NCBI RefSeq assembly: GCF_016432865.1
Contig: NC_067400.1
Span: 264,802,001-264,866,000, forward strand
Length of the DNA stretch: 64,000 nucleotides
Origin: Antechinus flavipes
Taxonomy: Eukaryota
Direction of reading: 5' to 3'
The notes under the pieces were generated by a model. That model was not told the origin of the DNA. It searched no databases and worked only from the letters and a program-made list of their open reading frames with translations. Below are positions 25,266-37,800 of this stretch, piece by piece. The first letter of the stretch is position 1; every line of letters begins with the position of its first letter. The position numbers and the translations under genes were made by a program.

Positions 25266-26479
25266 AGGGTGTTCATCAACTAGGGAATGATAGAAAAAAA
25301 GCAAAACAAATAAAAAAACCATGCTATACAAATGTATTAGAATATTATCGTATAGTTAAAAATGTGGAGGGAGAGGATATAAAAAATTAAGAGAAATATG
25401 ATGAGATTCTTATTAGCTAAATGATTCAGAGTAAAATAGAATTTTAAAAAAGAGAGAGAAAGAGAGAACAACATAGGTAAAAATGGAAACCTGTAAATGA
25501 AAGACTACCTTTAAAAGGAAATCAAACTGAGTAAATGGAAACCCTGAAGAATTGACAAATAAAACATATCTGTCTCCCTCTTCCTCACAGCAAAGAAGAC
25601 TAGAGAAGAATGTGATATGCTGTCCTTGTATCAAATGTATTTGCTTAATTTTTCATAAGGAAGGGAAGTTCATTTTGGAGAGAGAGTAGGTCTTTCCTTA
25701 ACAACCTCTTCCTCTCCAGTATTTGTAATGTAGAGACAAAAGGCATCAATAAAACATTTTTTTAAAGGATGCATACCCTTTTCAATGTGGTATAAGAATT
25801 TAAATCAGAGAATCTGTTTTCAAATTCAGACTCTTACTTTTACTTTTAAATGATCTTGGCTAAGTTATTTTACCTCTATGGGATTCACCATCTCCATATA
25901 TAAGGAGTCAGAACCATATGATATCTAAAGTACCTTTTGGGTCTAAATCATGATCTTAGCTTAAACAACTAAAATAGCTATTTCTTTTATCTAAATAATT
26001 GTGGCTATTTTAACACATTGATTGATCAGAAGGATTAGGTTTTGTTCATTTGTTTACTCTAAATGAAAACAAAGTTCATTTTTAGAAACTTCAAAAATTC
26101 TTCTATAAATTGTAAATATATTTTAATGTATTTATATTAATATTAATGAATTTTGATTGGTCTGAATTTATTATGATTACAATTGCAATTGTTAGAATGT
26201 TTTATTTTGTAATCATAACATTCATGCAGCATCATATCTAACTAATGCCTATTACCTTGCTTGTGTGTATTTTGTTGAGTTTTTTCTTAAATATGTTACC
26301 ACAATCATTAAATTAGACAAGACTATTTTTAGATTATATTGGAGGTAGGACTGGTCTTAAGCAGAAAATGTCAGGGAAAAGAAGATTGTGAGCTTCTTGA
26401 AGGTGATAGTCATGTATTGGGCTTTCCCATTTTCCAGAGTACCTACCATTGTATTAAACAGAGTGGTGTTCACTGTCCA

Positions 26480-26660
26480 TTTAAACCTCGGGTTTTAAAA
26501 TAGGTGGCAAGCTAAATATGAATCAGCAATACCACTAGACTGGCAAGCATGATATCGGGGTGTATAAATAGAGATGCCATAGAGAATCTATGAGGTAATG
26601 CCCTCTTTCATTCCTGGCATGAGTCAAGTTTTTCCATAGAAGACTATAATGTACAGGACT
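26480..26660 (+). mobile_element. CR1/L3 fragment
   Basis: aagctaaatatgaatcagcaatac...ggggtgtataaatagag...gaggtaatgccctctttcattc resembles CR1 KLNMSQQC...ILGCINRS...EVILPLY. Confidence 0.55.
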
Positions 26661-26774
26661 ATAACCCTGAGCCTGAAGAATCAGAAGGGAAAACTTAGGG
26701 CAGGAATATTGGGATTAAAGGTTGGGAAATCAAGACAGAGGAAATTGCAAAAGGAAGGGAGTAACTTCAGGAAG

Positions 26775-26960
26775 ATAATGTCTTGACATGCAAATGAACT
26801 GGATTTCAGTGAAGGAGGATTTTGCAGAGTCATCATTCTCACTTTCTCCTTTAGAGCCTTCTGGGTCTGGTGGCCAGATATAAATCAGATGACTGGAGAT
26901 GGCCCTGAATACAGTGGGAAACCTCTGTTTTTTTAAGCTCAGATCTTTAACAGGTCTTAG
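26775..26960 (+). mobile_element. Marsupial RTE-associated SINE-like repeat (family name uncertain)
   Basis: gacatgcaaatgaactggatttcagtgaagg...gactggagatggccctg; second copy at 34760-34935. Confidence 0.65.
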
Positions 26961-27596
26961 AACAAGGTAATGTCCATTCTGTAATTAAGGCTAGGTAAGA
27001 TTTGTGGAAAAGAATGGCCTCTTTTTAGAATAAGCCTGAAGGAAGACATTAATGTATTCATATATATACGAACATTAAAAAAAAAAAAAAAAGAATTTTG
27101 TATGATGACTAGTATACAAAGTGTAGTCATACCTTTGCATATCTGCTCATTGTAAGAAGTCTTTGGTCTCCTCTCCTTAAATGCTTGCTTAAGAATAAGA
27201 TAGGATTCCTCCTCAATCAGTGATTTGTTATGAATCAACAAAATTTATGCATACAGTCCTCAATTTCCTAATGGAAATAGAAATGGCTCTTAGACAAAGA
27301 TAAAATGAGCAACTAGACTAGATCTTGTTCACACAGAGCATGTTCTTTCTTGTTCTAGATAGCTCTGAAAGAGAAGGATGCTATCTACTTAGGGAAAATC
27401 ACAGGTTAACTGCATCCCAACTTCCCCCCACTCCAAAAAAGGGGGGAGAAGGGTATATGTTTACATAATCTGCAAATGCTATAGATCAAGACCTGATTTA
27501 TTGGTTTATTGATTGTCCAGATTTAGGAATGTTTTGGAGAAAATGGTAATAATGCAAATTAAACTTTAAAATGTGTCATGGATATATAGGAGGTTT

Positions 27597-27597
<1 letters not shown>

Positions 27598-27631
<34 letters not shown>
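27598..27631. repeat. (GTT)n microsatellite, about 11 units
   Basis: Read directly. Confidence 0.95.
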
Positions 27632-27632
<1 letters not shown>

Positions 27633-28029
27633 TTCCAGAGAGTTGCTTGTTCAACATTAACCAGCATGCCCCTGAACCTACATTCAAATAGTTATCATTG
27701 TGATTTTTAGATGCATATGTAGATAGTTCTCATTCTCACTTTAAGATAACACCTCCTTGTACTTTTCTATGGCTCTAAATTTTAGGAAGCTTTTCCTTAC
27801 ATCAAGTTTAAATGTACTTCTTCAAAACATATTTGGCTCTCCTCCACATTGCAATCCTTCAAATGTTAGAACACCCCTTTCATGAGCTCCCGAATCCTCT
27901 CTTCTTCACCTTAAACATCTTTAGTTCTTTTAATTAACTCCAACATGATATGAACCCAGAACCCTTCATGATTATTGCTGTTGTGCTCTGAATGTTCTAA
28001 TATTTATTAACATCCTTCCACAAATATGA

Positions 28030-28280
28030 GAGGCAGCTAGGTGGAGAAGTAGTAGACTATCCAGCCTGAAATCAGGATGACATCTTCCTGAGTTCAAATC
28101 AGGTCTCAGACACTTATTAGCTGTGTGATTCTGGGCAAGTCACTTAATCCTTTTTGTCTCAGTTTCTTCATCTGGAAAATGGACTGAAGAAGGAAATAGC
28201 AAAAGAATTCAATAGTTGCCAAGAAAATCCCAAATGGGGTCATGGAGTATCCAACAAGACTGACAACAACTGAATAATAC
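28030..28280 (+). mobile_element. Mar1-type CORE-SINE inserted beside a CR1 fragment (about 27780-28025, minus)
   Basis: ggcagctaggtggagaagtag...gagttcaaatcagg...gaaggaaatagcaaaag...aaatggggtcatggag. Confidence 0.85.
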
Positions 28281-29389
28281 CAGGGATCAGGAAAAGGTTC
28301 AATGACCTTTTGAGTTAAGCTTTGAAGGAAATCCAGGATTCTAACATGTGGGTGAGAAGGGAGTGCCTTGAAGGCACAAAGTACAAAGGTATGAAGACAG
28401 GAGGTTTAGTGACCAGTGTAAAGGAAAAGTAAAAAAGCCAGTTTAGCTAGAATATGATGTGCATAAAAGTGAAGTGTCTAAAAAGGTGAGTTGGAGCTAG
28501 GTGGTAAAAGACTTTCAATGACAAGGAAAAGAGTTAGTATTTGACTCTTGAAGTTATAAGAAGTCACTGGATAGATGGCTATTGCAATAATTCAGGGGAG
28601 AGGTAATGAGGTCTTTCCATTCTTCTCCCAACTACATTTTGCTTTCACCACAATAACTTAGTTATTTTCTCACCCAGAACTTCCCTCAGTTTCTGGGTCT
28701 TCTTACTTTGGACATTCTCCAACATACTGATCTCCTTTGGTGAGTTCCTTCCAGGGTCTTCATACTGGGCACTGGTCCAATTCCTGCTCAACATGTCTCT
28801 GATTCTATGGATTCTGATAACTCAATTGCCTTCTCAACCAGGAACTCTCCGCAACATCTGGACTCTTCCTTCAACCACATAAGTCCCCTTCTATTTTTAA
28901 TAAATATAGTCTCAGTCACCTAGTATTTATTAAAAATCAGGCACAATGCTGAGTACTGAAGATACCAAAAGAAGCCATGTCCCCTCCCATTTTCCACCCC
29001 CCCAAAATCTCAGTTGTCAAAGAGCTCATAGTCTAATGTAGAGAACAACATGAAAATAAACAACTAAACGCAAGATACATAGGACACAGAATATCCCATA
29101 GAGGATAGATGTGGAGTAATCTTAGAAAAAGGCACTAATAAAACAAGACTAGAATAGAGTTCTTTCAATAGTTAGAATCTTAGCTTGAAGAAATCCAGGA
29201 AATCTAGGACAGAGATGAGGAGAGAGAGAGTTCCAAAAATGATGAACAGCCAGTAAACATTTGAAGAGTTGAGAGGAGGGTCCTATGCAAAAAACACTGA
29301 ATTGCAGAGTACATGGAAAGAAATAAGGTGGAAGAATATTGGAAAGGTAGGAAAGGGACAGATTATGAAGAACTTTCTCCCCTCCCCCG

Positions 29390-29985
29390 CCACCATTTTA
29401 ATAGCATTTTTCCCAAATATATACTATATGCAATGATAGTTTTCAACATTCACCTTTGCGAAACTTTGTGTTCCAAATTTTTCTCCTTCTCTTCTCTCTT
29501 TTCTCCTACCCAAGACAGCAAGCAATCCGATATAGGTTACACATGTGCAATAACGTATTTCCATATTCATCATGCTGCACAAATAAAAATCAAATCAAAA
29601 GGTAAAAAACACGAGAAAGAAAAAGACAACAAAAAGTTGAAAATACAATGCTTTGAACCACATTCAGTCTCCAAATTTCTTTCTGTGGATGCAGATGGCA
29701 CTTTCCATTTACAAGTCTAAGGAAATTTTCCTGAATCACCTCATTGTTGAAAAGAGGCAAGTCCATCACACTTGACCATCAACCTTTTTGTTTTTGTGTA
29801 CTGTGTTCTCTTTGTTCTATTCACCTCACTCACATCAGTTCATGTAAGTCTCTCCAGATTTTCTGACATCAACCTGCTCATCATTTCTTACAAAACAATA
29901 ATACACCATTATATTCATATACCATAATTTATTTAGCCATTCCCCAAGTGAAGAGCATTTTCCCTCAATTTCCATTTCCTTCAAA
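29390..29985 (-). mobile_element. Marsupial L1 3' UTR, antisense
   Basis: ttttcaacattcacctttgcgaaactttgtgttccaaatttttctcc...aagcaatccgatatagg...ttatttagccattcccca. Confidence 0.8.
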
Positions 29986-30574
29986 GGACTTTCTTTATAA
30001 ATAAAAGACAATCCTGGAACAGAGAATTATTCGAGTTTACTGAATGGGGTTGAGGAGGGAGAGAGGGACATGGTCAAACATGTGCTTTTTAGGTAGATCA
30101 CTTTGATAGCTGAGTGAAGGATGGATTGGAACAAAAAGAAATATGGTATAGGAAAACTAACCAGTGATTATTATAATAGTTCAGATATGAGATGATAAGG
30201 TAATGTCCAGAATGCATCAGTATCAGAAGAGAGAAGGGAGATGTATGAAGATAGTTCTCTCTAGGGACTATCTCATTTTTTCATTTATCTATCCATTATC
30301 TGATTCAGGCTGATCATTATTCATTCTCATTTGTACTTCTGATTCTCTGGACTTTGCCACCAGACCGCAAGCAAGAAGCTTAACCTTTTCTCCCCATCCT
30401 CCAACTACTATCCTTTGTTTTTTAAGATTAGATAGATAAATAGATAAATTCACCTATTAGAATGTAATTTCTTTAAGGACAAATAATATCTTTCTTTTTT
30501 GTTTACATTTATATCACCGATGCTTAGCATAGTACCTGGCACATAGCAAATACTTCAAAAAAATCAGACCTAAA

Positions 30575-30875
30575 CAACCAGAAAATATCAATTATTCATG
30601 AATAGATCAAGTTAATATAATAAAACTGACAATTCTGCTTAAATTAATATATTAATTCAGTACTAGTTGAACTACCAAAAATATTTTATAGAGACAGGGA
30701 AAACAAAACAAAACACATCTGGGGGGAAAAAGGTCAAGAGTATTAAAGGAATTAATGGGGAAAATATGTGAAAAAAAAGCCAGTCTCACTATACCAGATC
30801 TCAAACTATTACAAAATGGTAATCATCAAAACTCACTGGCGCTGGCTAAGAAATAGAGTGGTGGATCAATTAATT
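30575..30875 (+). mobile_element. Decayed L1 ORF2 internal fragment
   Basis: Resembles NIIKMTILPKLIY...PDLKLYYKAVVIKT.WYWLRNR.VDQW. Confidence 0.7.
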
Positions 30876-31314
30876 ATAATTAACAAATGTTTGTTGTTTG
30901 TTGCAAGTTTCCTGAAATAGGTTGGTAGATGTATAAATGAAGAGAAAGAGATAAATACAGGAAATGCTGTGAAGGAAAAAATGACCACATTTGGCAACTA
31001 CTTGTGGGGTGGGTGAGAATAAGGAGCAGAAGATTACTCCCAGGTTGCAAATTTGCGTAATTAGAAGTTTGGTGGTGTTCTAACAGGAATAAGGATGTTA
31101 GGAATAGGGAAGTTAGGAAGAAGAGTAGATTTTTAGAGAAAAAAATCATGAATCTGTTTTTAAATGTTGAGCTTGAGATGACCGTGAAATATTCAGTTGG
31201 AAATGTTCAACAAGTGATATAGAACTGGAACTCAAGTATGAAATATGTTGATCTAGGAATCATAAACCTAGATAATAATTAAGCCTGTGTGAGCTGATGA
31301 AATCACCGAGAGAA

Positions 31315-31505
31315 ATTTGAAGAGAATGAGACACACAGAGAGACAGACAGAAACACACACATAGAGAAACAAAGAGATACACAAATACACAGAGACAAAG
31401 AAACAGACACAGAGAGACATAGACATACACAAAGAGACAGAGACAAAGAAAGGGGAGGAAAAGGGAAGAACAGAAGGAGGGAGTGAGAAAGAGAAAAAAC
31501 AGGTC
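31315..31505. repeat. GA/CA-rich low-complexity repeat
   Basis: gagacacacagagagacagacagaaacacac..., purine-rich on plus. Confidence 0.85.
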
Positions 31506-31559
31506 ATGGACAGAGCCTTAGGATATGCTCATATTTTAGACATGTGATATAGATGATTA

Positions 31560-32300
31560 TACATCAAAGGAAACCAAAGAATGGCCAGATGAAAATTTTA
31601 TTTCTAGAATCTATGTCTATCTTAGCTCCAGATCACATTAACCTTTTCAGCTGCCATATCACTGTGTTGACTCATATTGAGCCAGTAGTTCACTGAATTC
31701 CCCAAATCTTTTTCTAGACAAACTGTACCTGTGAAATCGATTTTTTTAAAAATTTATGTAAGATTTTATATTTAATATTTATTAAATGCCATCTTATTCA
31801 ATTCAGCCCAATGTTCTAACCTGTTGATTTATTTTAGATCCTGACTCTGCCTTTAAGTGTGTCCCTCCCAGCTTCATGTCATCTAAAATATGATTAAACA
31901 TTAACATCTCTGCTTTCATCCAAGTCATTGATAAAATTGGTAAATAGCATAGGGCCCAGAATAGATTTCCTAAAATAAGGTATCAGACAGGAAGCCATTC
32001 ACCTATTTCTAAATCAGTCTAATTTTGCAATCATTTAGCCAATATCTATCCATCTTTTTAAAAAGATAACAATTCATCCGATGTTTTATTAAAATCTAAA
32101 TAAACTGTAACTACATTATTCCCCCCATCCCCAATCTATTTAATTTAGTAATTCTATAAACAAAACAAAAAAAAAGTCTACCATGACTTGCCTTTCATAA
32201 AGCCATTTCTTTACTAATCAATCCAATCTAGAATTTTGAAAGAAATAGCAATCAGATTCACTGGCCTAAAAACTGGAAAAAAAAAAAAAAAGTAGTAAGA
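31560..32300 (-). mobile_element. CR1/L3 ORF2 fragments
   Basis: tgttgactcatattgagcc...cctcccagcttcatgtcatc...tcatccaagtcattgataaaa are antisense CR1 RT motifs (FINDLD, DDMKLGG). Confidence 0.7.
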
Positions 32301-33364
32301 GATAGTCTTATACTCAAAATAGTGTTCCAAATGGGTTTATGTGAAATGATAAGGGTGAAGAATCCACATCACCCAACAGAAAATCATCCTTTGCCTTTCA
32401 AATCCCCATAGACTTCAAACAACTTATGCACAAATATATTGTGCAATTTAAATTTCAGTTTTCTTGAAGTCAAATGATTGGTGCATTTTTTAAAAGATCT
32501 CTCAGTTATAAAAGATCCATTAAACAAGAACTTAATCACATATATTTGGCATAAAAACATTCCTCCATTTATCTAAACTACAACTTTAAAGATGGTCCAC
32601 AAATTATAATAATAATCACATATTTATAGACCACATCAAGGTTTGCAAAATTCTTTATAAACTTTATCTTAAGTAATACATTGATGAAGGGATAAAAAGG
32701 AGAAACTTTCACAAATTCTATTTCACAGCACAGTCCCACACTTAAAAGGTACAGAGAATGCAAGGTCCAACTCTGTTTATTTTTTATTGATTTTTTTTTA
32801 AAGCATTAGGTTCAATAAAGCAAAATTTCACCTAAAAGTCAAAATCATACAAAGTTTATTGAAAGATGCAAATACAGTCACTTCTTTGATTCATGATCTT
32901 ATTATTAATACCAAGTGAATCATAAAAAAGGCAGATATTTTTGTAAAGGGTTGGGTTTGGGGGTGTTTTTTTTTTTTTTTTACCATCATAGAAGATATCC
33001 AATACAGAGACCAAATGGAAAGAAACCTTCCAGTGTGTCCCCCACAGATGTTGAGGTCAGCTATTTGTTTCTATTTGGTTTTTTTTTTCATAGACATAAT
33101 CTAGATTCATTCTAATAGATTCATTACATTTATATTTACATTGACTAGATTTTTTTCCTTTTTCTACCCACTCTTAAAGTACCATATAGTAATATCAGAT
33201 TGATTTAACAGAATGTTTTTCTTTTTTTAAATAGTATTTTATTTTTCCAAATCCATTCAAAGTTAATTTTTAACATTGCACCTGTATCAGATTGCTTGCT
33301 GTCTTGGGGAGGAGAGAGAAAAAACATGGACCACAAGGTGACTGTTGAAAATTACTCAGTTATT

Positions 33365-33640
33365 CACTGATAGAATATGGGTTCTGGAATCAGAAAGAAT
33401 AGAGTTCAAATCTGGCCTCAGACACTTATTAGCTATGTGACCTTGGACAAATCACTTCCTTCCATAAAATGAAAAGGCTAAACAAATCACTGCAGGGAAA
33501 ATCCTAAGATCAACTAATCTGTGGGGTCACAAAACTTATTCTCATTTTACAGATGAGGAAACTGAGATTAAAGAATTTCCAGGGTCACCAGCTTTTAAGT
33601 TGAAATATATGCAGCATTCCTCACTCGCAGCAACAGAATT
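33365..33640. mobile_element. Two MIR/CORE-SINE copies in opposite orientation
   Basis: gagttcaaatctggcctcagacacttattagctatgtgacc (+), then ctcattttacagatgaggaaactgag (-). Confidence 0.75.
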
Positions 33641-34444
33641 CATGGGTAAACAATGAATGGAGCTCAGGAGTAAAGAGGAAAAAGACAAGTTACTGAAGTG
33701 CTTCTGGGAAATTTTCTCAGTGCTTTTAATGTCCTCAAGTTTCTTCCCCTTTCTCCTAGTTCCCCCAAGCCCATCTCTTTGAATATCCATATTATTTTAG
33801 TAGCACAGTGAGACTGTGAATTAGAGTGCCACGGGCTTTGAAGAATTATGGTATTGGGTCCCCCAAAGGTAATGGATGTGGTTTGGTTGACATAAATGGG
33901 GAAGGAAGGGTAAGAAATCATAAGGAATCATAAGAAGATGTTCCATTGAGAATATCAACTGAGAGACAGGTGTCTGAAAAAAACAAAGTGGATTAGGAAT
34001 ATAATATCATCAAAGAAAAATCAATGGGCAACCCAGGTACTCTATTGGTATCCATTTATTGTGAAGAATTAAAGAAAGGTTCCAGAAGGTTGAAAAGATT
34101 CCTTCCCAATAGATGGATGATTTATGGGAAGACATGGACAAGAGTTACACAGGATGAAAATTTTTAGATAGGTTATGATCTAGGGAGTACCAGTGTTGAT
34201 GAGATCATAAATTTGTCAAAGTTTGAAAGTATTTATCTGCATTAGTCATTATTTGGACTCATGCTTTTATTTCACATTGTTCTGTCTTGCTTCCCTGGAT
34301 ATTTAATAAATTCCTCCATGAAGAGACTTTTATTTTTTGTCTCTCCTCTCCCTACTCCATCTCTCCAAAGTCCCTATGGCAGTGCTTTGTATATACTAGT
34401 GATCAATAAATATTGAATGAATAAATAAATGAAAGATAGGTTTG

Positions 34445-34665
34445 AAATGAAACTAGAGGAATTTAGGTTTGACATTCAAATTAATTCCCTTAAGAATAGT
34501 GATATTGTGGAATATATTAACAAGGGAGAAATGTGGAATCACCACCTCTGGAAGTAGTTTTTTTTTTTTTTCCCCTATAATGGTTTGATTATAATCCTGC
34601 CTTGAAATACTATAATGAATTAGGTGACCTCTACAGATCCCCACCAGCCCAATGATTCTAAGACA
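34445..34665 (+). mobile_element. CR1/L3 3' end
   Basis: gaggaatttaggtttgacattc...ggaatccaccacctctggaag...gacctctacagatccccaccagccc...gattct. Confidence 0.65.
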
Positions 34666-34759
34666 TATTTTATCAAAAAAAAAAAAAATTAAGACATTTT
34701 TGAAGTTAGAAAATCAACTAACTGGCAACTATCTAGTCAAATTTAATCCATTCTTTTAG

Positions 34760-34935
34760 ATATTGTTATTTGTCCTTCATTCTTGAAGAAGACCATGACA
34801 TCAGAGAGGTGATGTCATGTCATGCAAGTGAATTAGACTTAAATGAGGGAGGGCTTCTCCTCCAGAGCCATCTGAGTCCAATAGCCAAATATAGATCAGG
34901 ACAACTGGAGATAACCCTGGGTGCAGAGGGAGATA
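34760..34935 (+). mobile_element. Marsupial RTE-associated SINE-like repeat
   Basis: ttgtccttcattcttgaagaagaccatgacatcagagaggtgatgtcatg...gatcaggacaactggagataaccctgg; paralogous to 26775-26960. Confidence 0.65.
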
Positions 34936-35737
34936 GAGAGATAATAAAGAATAAAGAAATGAAGAAGAGAAGTGACTTCTTTCATGTTAAAGATAGAGCA
35001 GGGACTAGATCCTATGTCTTCTTATTGCCTCCACAGTATATTATATTACCCTCCCACCCACTAGGAGAAAAATAGCAGGACAATAAGTATGATACAATTG
35101 TGACATAAACTGCTAAATTTACACATCTCTGAATGTATTGAATCAGACTAAAAGTTATTTTCTCTGAACTTTGCATGATTAAGTCATAAACTTTAATTCA
35201 AATTAAAAAAACTTTAAAAATCATTCTGTGTAAATTCCTTTCAAGTTTGAATGAAAATGCCATGTGCAAGCTGTCACTGCCTTTAAATAATGAGACTAGT
35301 TTTAAAAAATCATCAATAGCTGGTATAAGGCTTCTGCATAAATTGAGTCAACTCTGAATTGGATTAATGAAAAGGAGTAATGATGGTAATAATTCCATAA
35401 CATTTAGATTTGAATTTGAAATACAAATCTTTTCTATCCAATTTAAACTCATAACTATGCTATTTTTAAGCACTTACTTACATTGATGACATGCCTTCAG
35501 TTGCTAACAGCTGAGTGGTAATAGTTGGGTTTGCTCCTGATAGTACATAAAGCAGATATTCCACAGTAACAATCAGTCAATCAACTAGGAATTATTAAGT
35601 ACTTAGGTACCTAAGAGTGCTAAGTCTGGAGTCAAGAAATGAGTTCAAATTCCGCTTCAGATACTCACTAATTGTATGACCCCCAAGATCATTTAACCTC
35701 TGTTTGCCATAATCCACTGAAAAAGGAAATGGCAAAT

Positions 35738-35881
35738 NNNNNNNNNNNNNNNNNNNNNNNNNNNNNNNNNNNNNNNNNNNNNNNNNNNNNNNNNNNNNNN
35801 NNNNNNNNNNNNNNNNNNNNNNNNNNNNNNNNNNNNNNNNNNNNNNNNNNNNNNNNNNNNNNNNNNNNNNNNNNNNNNNNN
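35738..35881. other. Assembly gap (144 N)
   Basis: Run of n. Confidence 1.
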
Positions 35882-36640
35882 ATTGTTCTGTAAGAAATGA
35901 CAGCAGGATGAATACAGAGAGGACTGGCAAGACTTACATGAACTGATGCTAAGTGCAACGAGCAGAACCAGGAAATCATTATATACTTCAACAACGATAC
36001 TGTTTGAGGATTTATTCTGATGGAAGTGGATCTCTTAAATAAAGAGAGCTAATTCAATTTCAATTGATCAAGGATAGACAGAAGCAGCTACACCCAAAGA
36101 AAGAAAGAAAGAAACTCATAACTATGCTATTTTTAAGCACTTACTTACATTGATGACATGCCTTCAGTTGCTAACAGCTGAGTGGTAATAGTTGGGTTTG
36201 CTCCTGATAGTACATAAAGCAGATATTCCACAGTAACAATCAGTCAATCAACTAGGAATTATTAAGTACTTAGGTACCTAAGAAATGAATATAAACTGGG
36301 AAATGAATATAAACTGCTTGCATTTTTGTTTTTCTTCCCGGGTTATTTATACCTTCTGAATCCAATTCTCCCTGTGCAACAAGAGAACTGTTCGGTTCTG
36401 CACACATATATTGTATCTAGGATATATTGTAACCTATTTAACATGTAAAGGACTGCTTGACATTTGGGGGAGGGGATGGAGGGAGGGAGGGGAAAAATCG
36501 GAACAGAAATGAGTGCAAGGGATAATGTTGTAAAAAAATTACCCTGGCATAGATTCTGTCAATAAAAAGTTATTTTTTTTTTAATTAAAAATAAAAAAAA
36601 AAAATAAAGAAGAAGAAGAAAAGAAGAAGAAGAAATAAAC
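35882..36640 (+). mobile_element. Young L1 ORF2 end + 3' UTR + A/AAG tail, interrupted by a 172-bp local duplication
   Basis: attgttctgtaagaaatgacagcaggatgaatacagagagg matches 55510-55550. G-rich tract at about 36465-36495; tail to about 36640. Confidence 0.92.
36112..36283 (+). repeat. Exact 172-bp direct copy of 35445-35616 inserted inside the L1 3' UTR
   Basis: aaactcataactatgc...taggtacctaaga appears base-identical at both loci by manual comparison. Confidence 0.95.
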
Positions 36641-36738
36641 AAACGAACAGTAGGATCTGGAGAGTCACAAAGAGTTGGACTCAACTCAGCAATAATAACT
36701 TTGTTCTCAGATACTATGCTAAGTCCTGCATATACAAG

Positions 36739-37188
36739 TGTTGAGGTTGGGAAGGGGACCCCAAAAGTTTGGGGTCATAATCTGGTGTTGTGAGACATAT
36801 CAAAAGAATTTGCAGACTTGAACCCATTTCCTGGTCAAGGGGCAAAGTTTTATTGTAATTATAATGCCATTACAAGTCAACAAAATTCCAACAGAATTTA
36901 GCAAAGTCCCAAGAGAGAGGAGACAGCTTTATCCAGCTTTCTATCATTGACATGTTAATTCTATGGCCCAGAGGTAGGACCAGGGCCTGGGAGTGATCTG
37001 ATTTTGGTTCTCACTGACCAGATTGCCAATCAGTAATGAATCAGACAGATTGTTGTTTTTAGATTGGGAGTGTGGGAAGTCCCTGAGGCAGACTCCAAAG
37101 CCAGAAGATTTAGGATTACTGACTTATTGTTAGGACAGAAACTCCCCCTAAAATGAGGGGATCTCAAAGTCATTGTTGTATTACATCA
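36739..37188 (-). mobile_element. 3' LTR (450 bp)
   Basis: Minus-strand order CCAAT (about 37064), GATAAA TATA-like (about 36930), AATAAA (36849-36854). Aligns to 42117-42561. Confidence 0.93.
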
Positions 37189-37218
37189 TTTTCCTCTTTT
37201 AAGTAGTCATCCCCAAAT

Positions 37219-37800
37219 TCATTTGGGACAAAGGGATAGAAGTCTCATCTTCTGGAGCTGCTTCAGGCGGACAAGAGACATAGAGCTGCCCCTACTTAGA
37301 GGGTTCACACTGGAGAGGGGAGGCAAGATGGTGGCAGCAGCATTCAGAATTTCAGAATCAGTTGGCCAGTGGTATTCAGGATGAACAAGTAGCTGGAAGT
37401 TCATAGCTTGGAGTCTGGGGAAAACAAATCTCACAAGTAGGGTAAAAATGTAGGGGCTAAATATGAGCAAAAAGAATAATTAAAAGTGCAGTTAGTAGGG
37501 ACAATAGATGGGAATCTCAGCCAGAGCAAGGCTGGGGGCAGGAAGATGAGGCTGTCATGAATACTCTCTTCCAGGCAGCTTTTCCTAAAATAAATACCAA
37601 AGAATGTTTCCCCCCAAATCCCCACTTTTGTCTCCTTGAAGGGGGCGCAGTGTCTGAAGCAGTGGCAGTGTACACAGGGAAAGGAACACTCACATGACTT
37701 GTGGTACAAGCACCATAACCGATCTCTCAGAAACATCGAAGTAGAATGGAAATCCCATTTTACAAAGAAAAACATATCCCTTAAATGCACAGATGGTACC
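37219..37800 (-). pseudogene. env: ERV env remnants (SU C-terminus and TM cytoplasmic end; fusion/ISD region apparently deleted)
   Basis: ICAFKGYVFLC resembles class I CAP.GYVFLCG. IFSPYIFTLLVRFVFPRLQAM resembles LFGPCIFNLLVKFVSSRLQAI of HERV-W/ERV9/HERV-H-like TM. No LQNR.GLD motif seen. Confidence 0.8.

Larger units (their letters stand above)
28290..31300 (-). mobile_element. Fragmented L2 LINE pieces interrupted by L1 fragments
   Basis: L2-type antisense motifs (gagttaagctttgaagga, aggtagatcactttgatagctgagtgaaggatggattgga, gattactcccaggttgcaaatttg, tgttgagcttgagatg). Confidence 0.55.
35610..36700 (+). mobile_element. Mar1-type SINE split by a young L1 insertion (head 35610-35737, tail about 36655-36700)
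   Basis: Head and CORE run into the gap at gaaaaaggaaatggcaaat; tail ggagagtcacaaagagttggactcaactcagcaataataac resumes after the L1 poly-A. Confidence 0.65.

Noticed and set aside
35595-35994. Three ORFs spanning the N run
   Set aside because: Open only because of the gap; flanks are SINE and L1.
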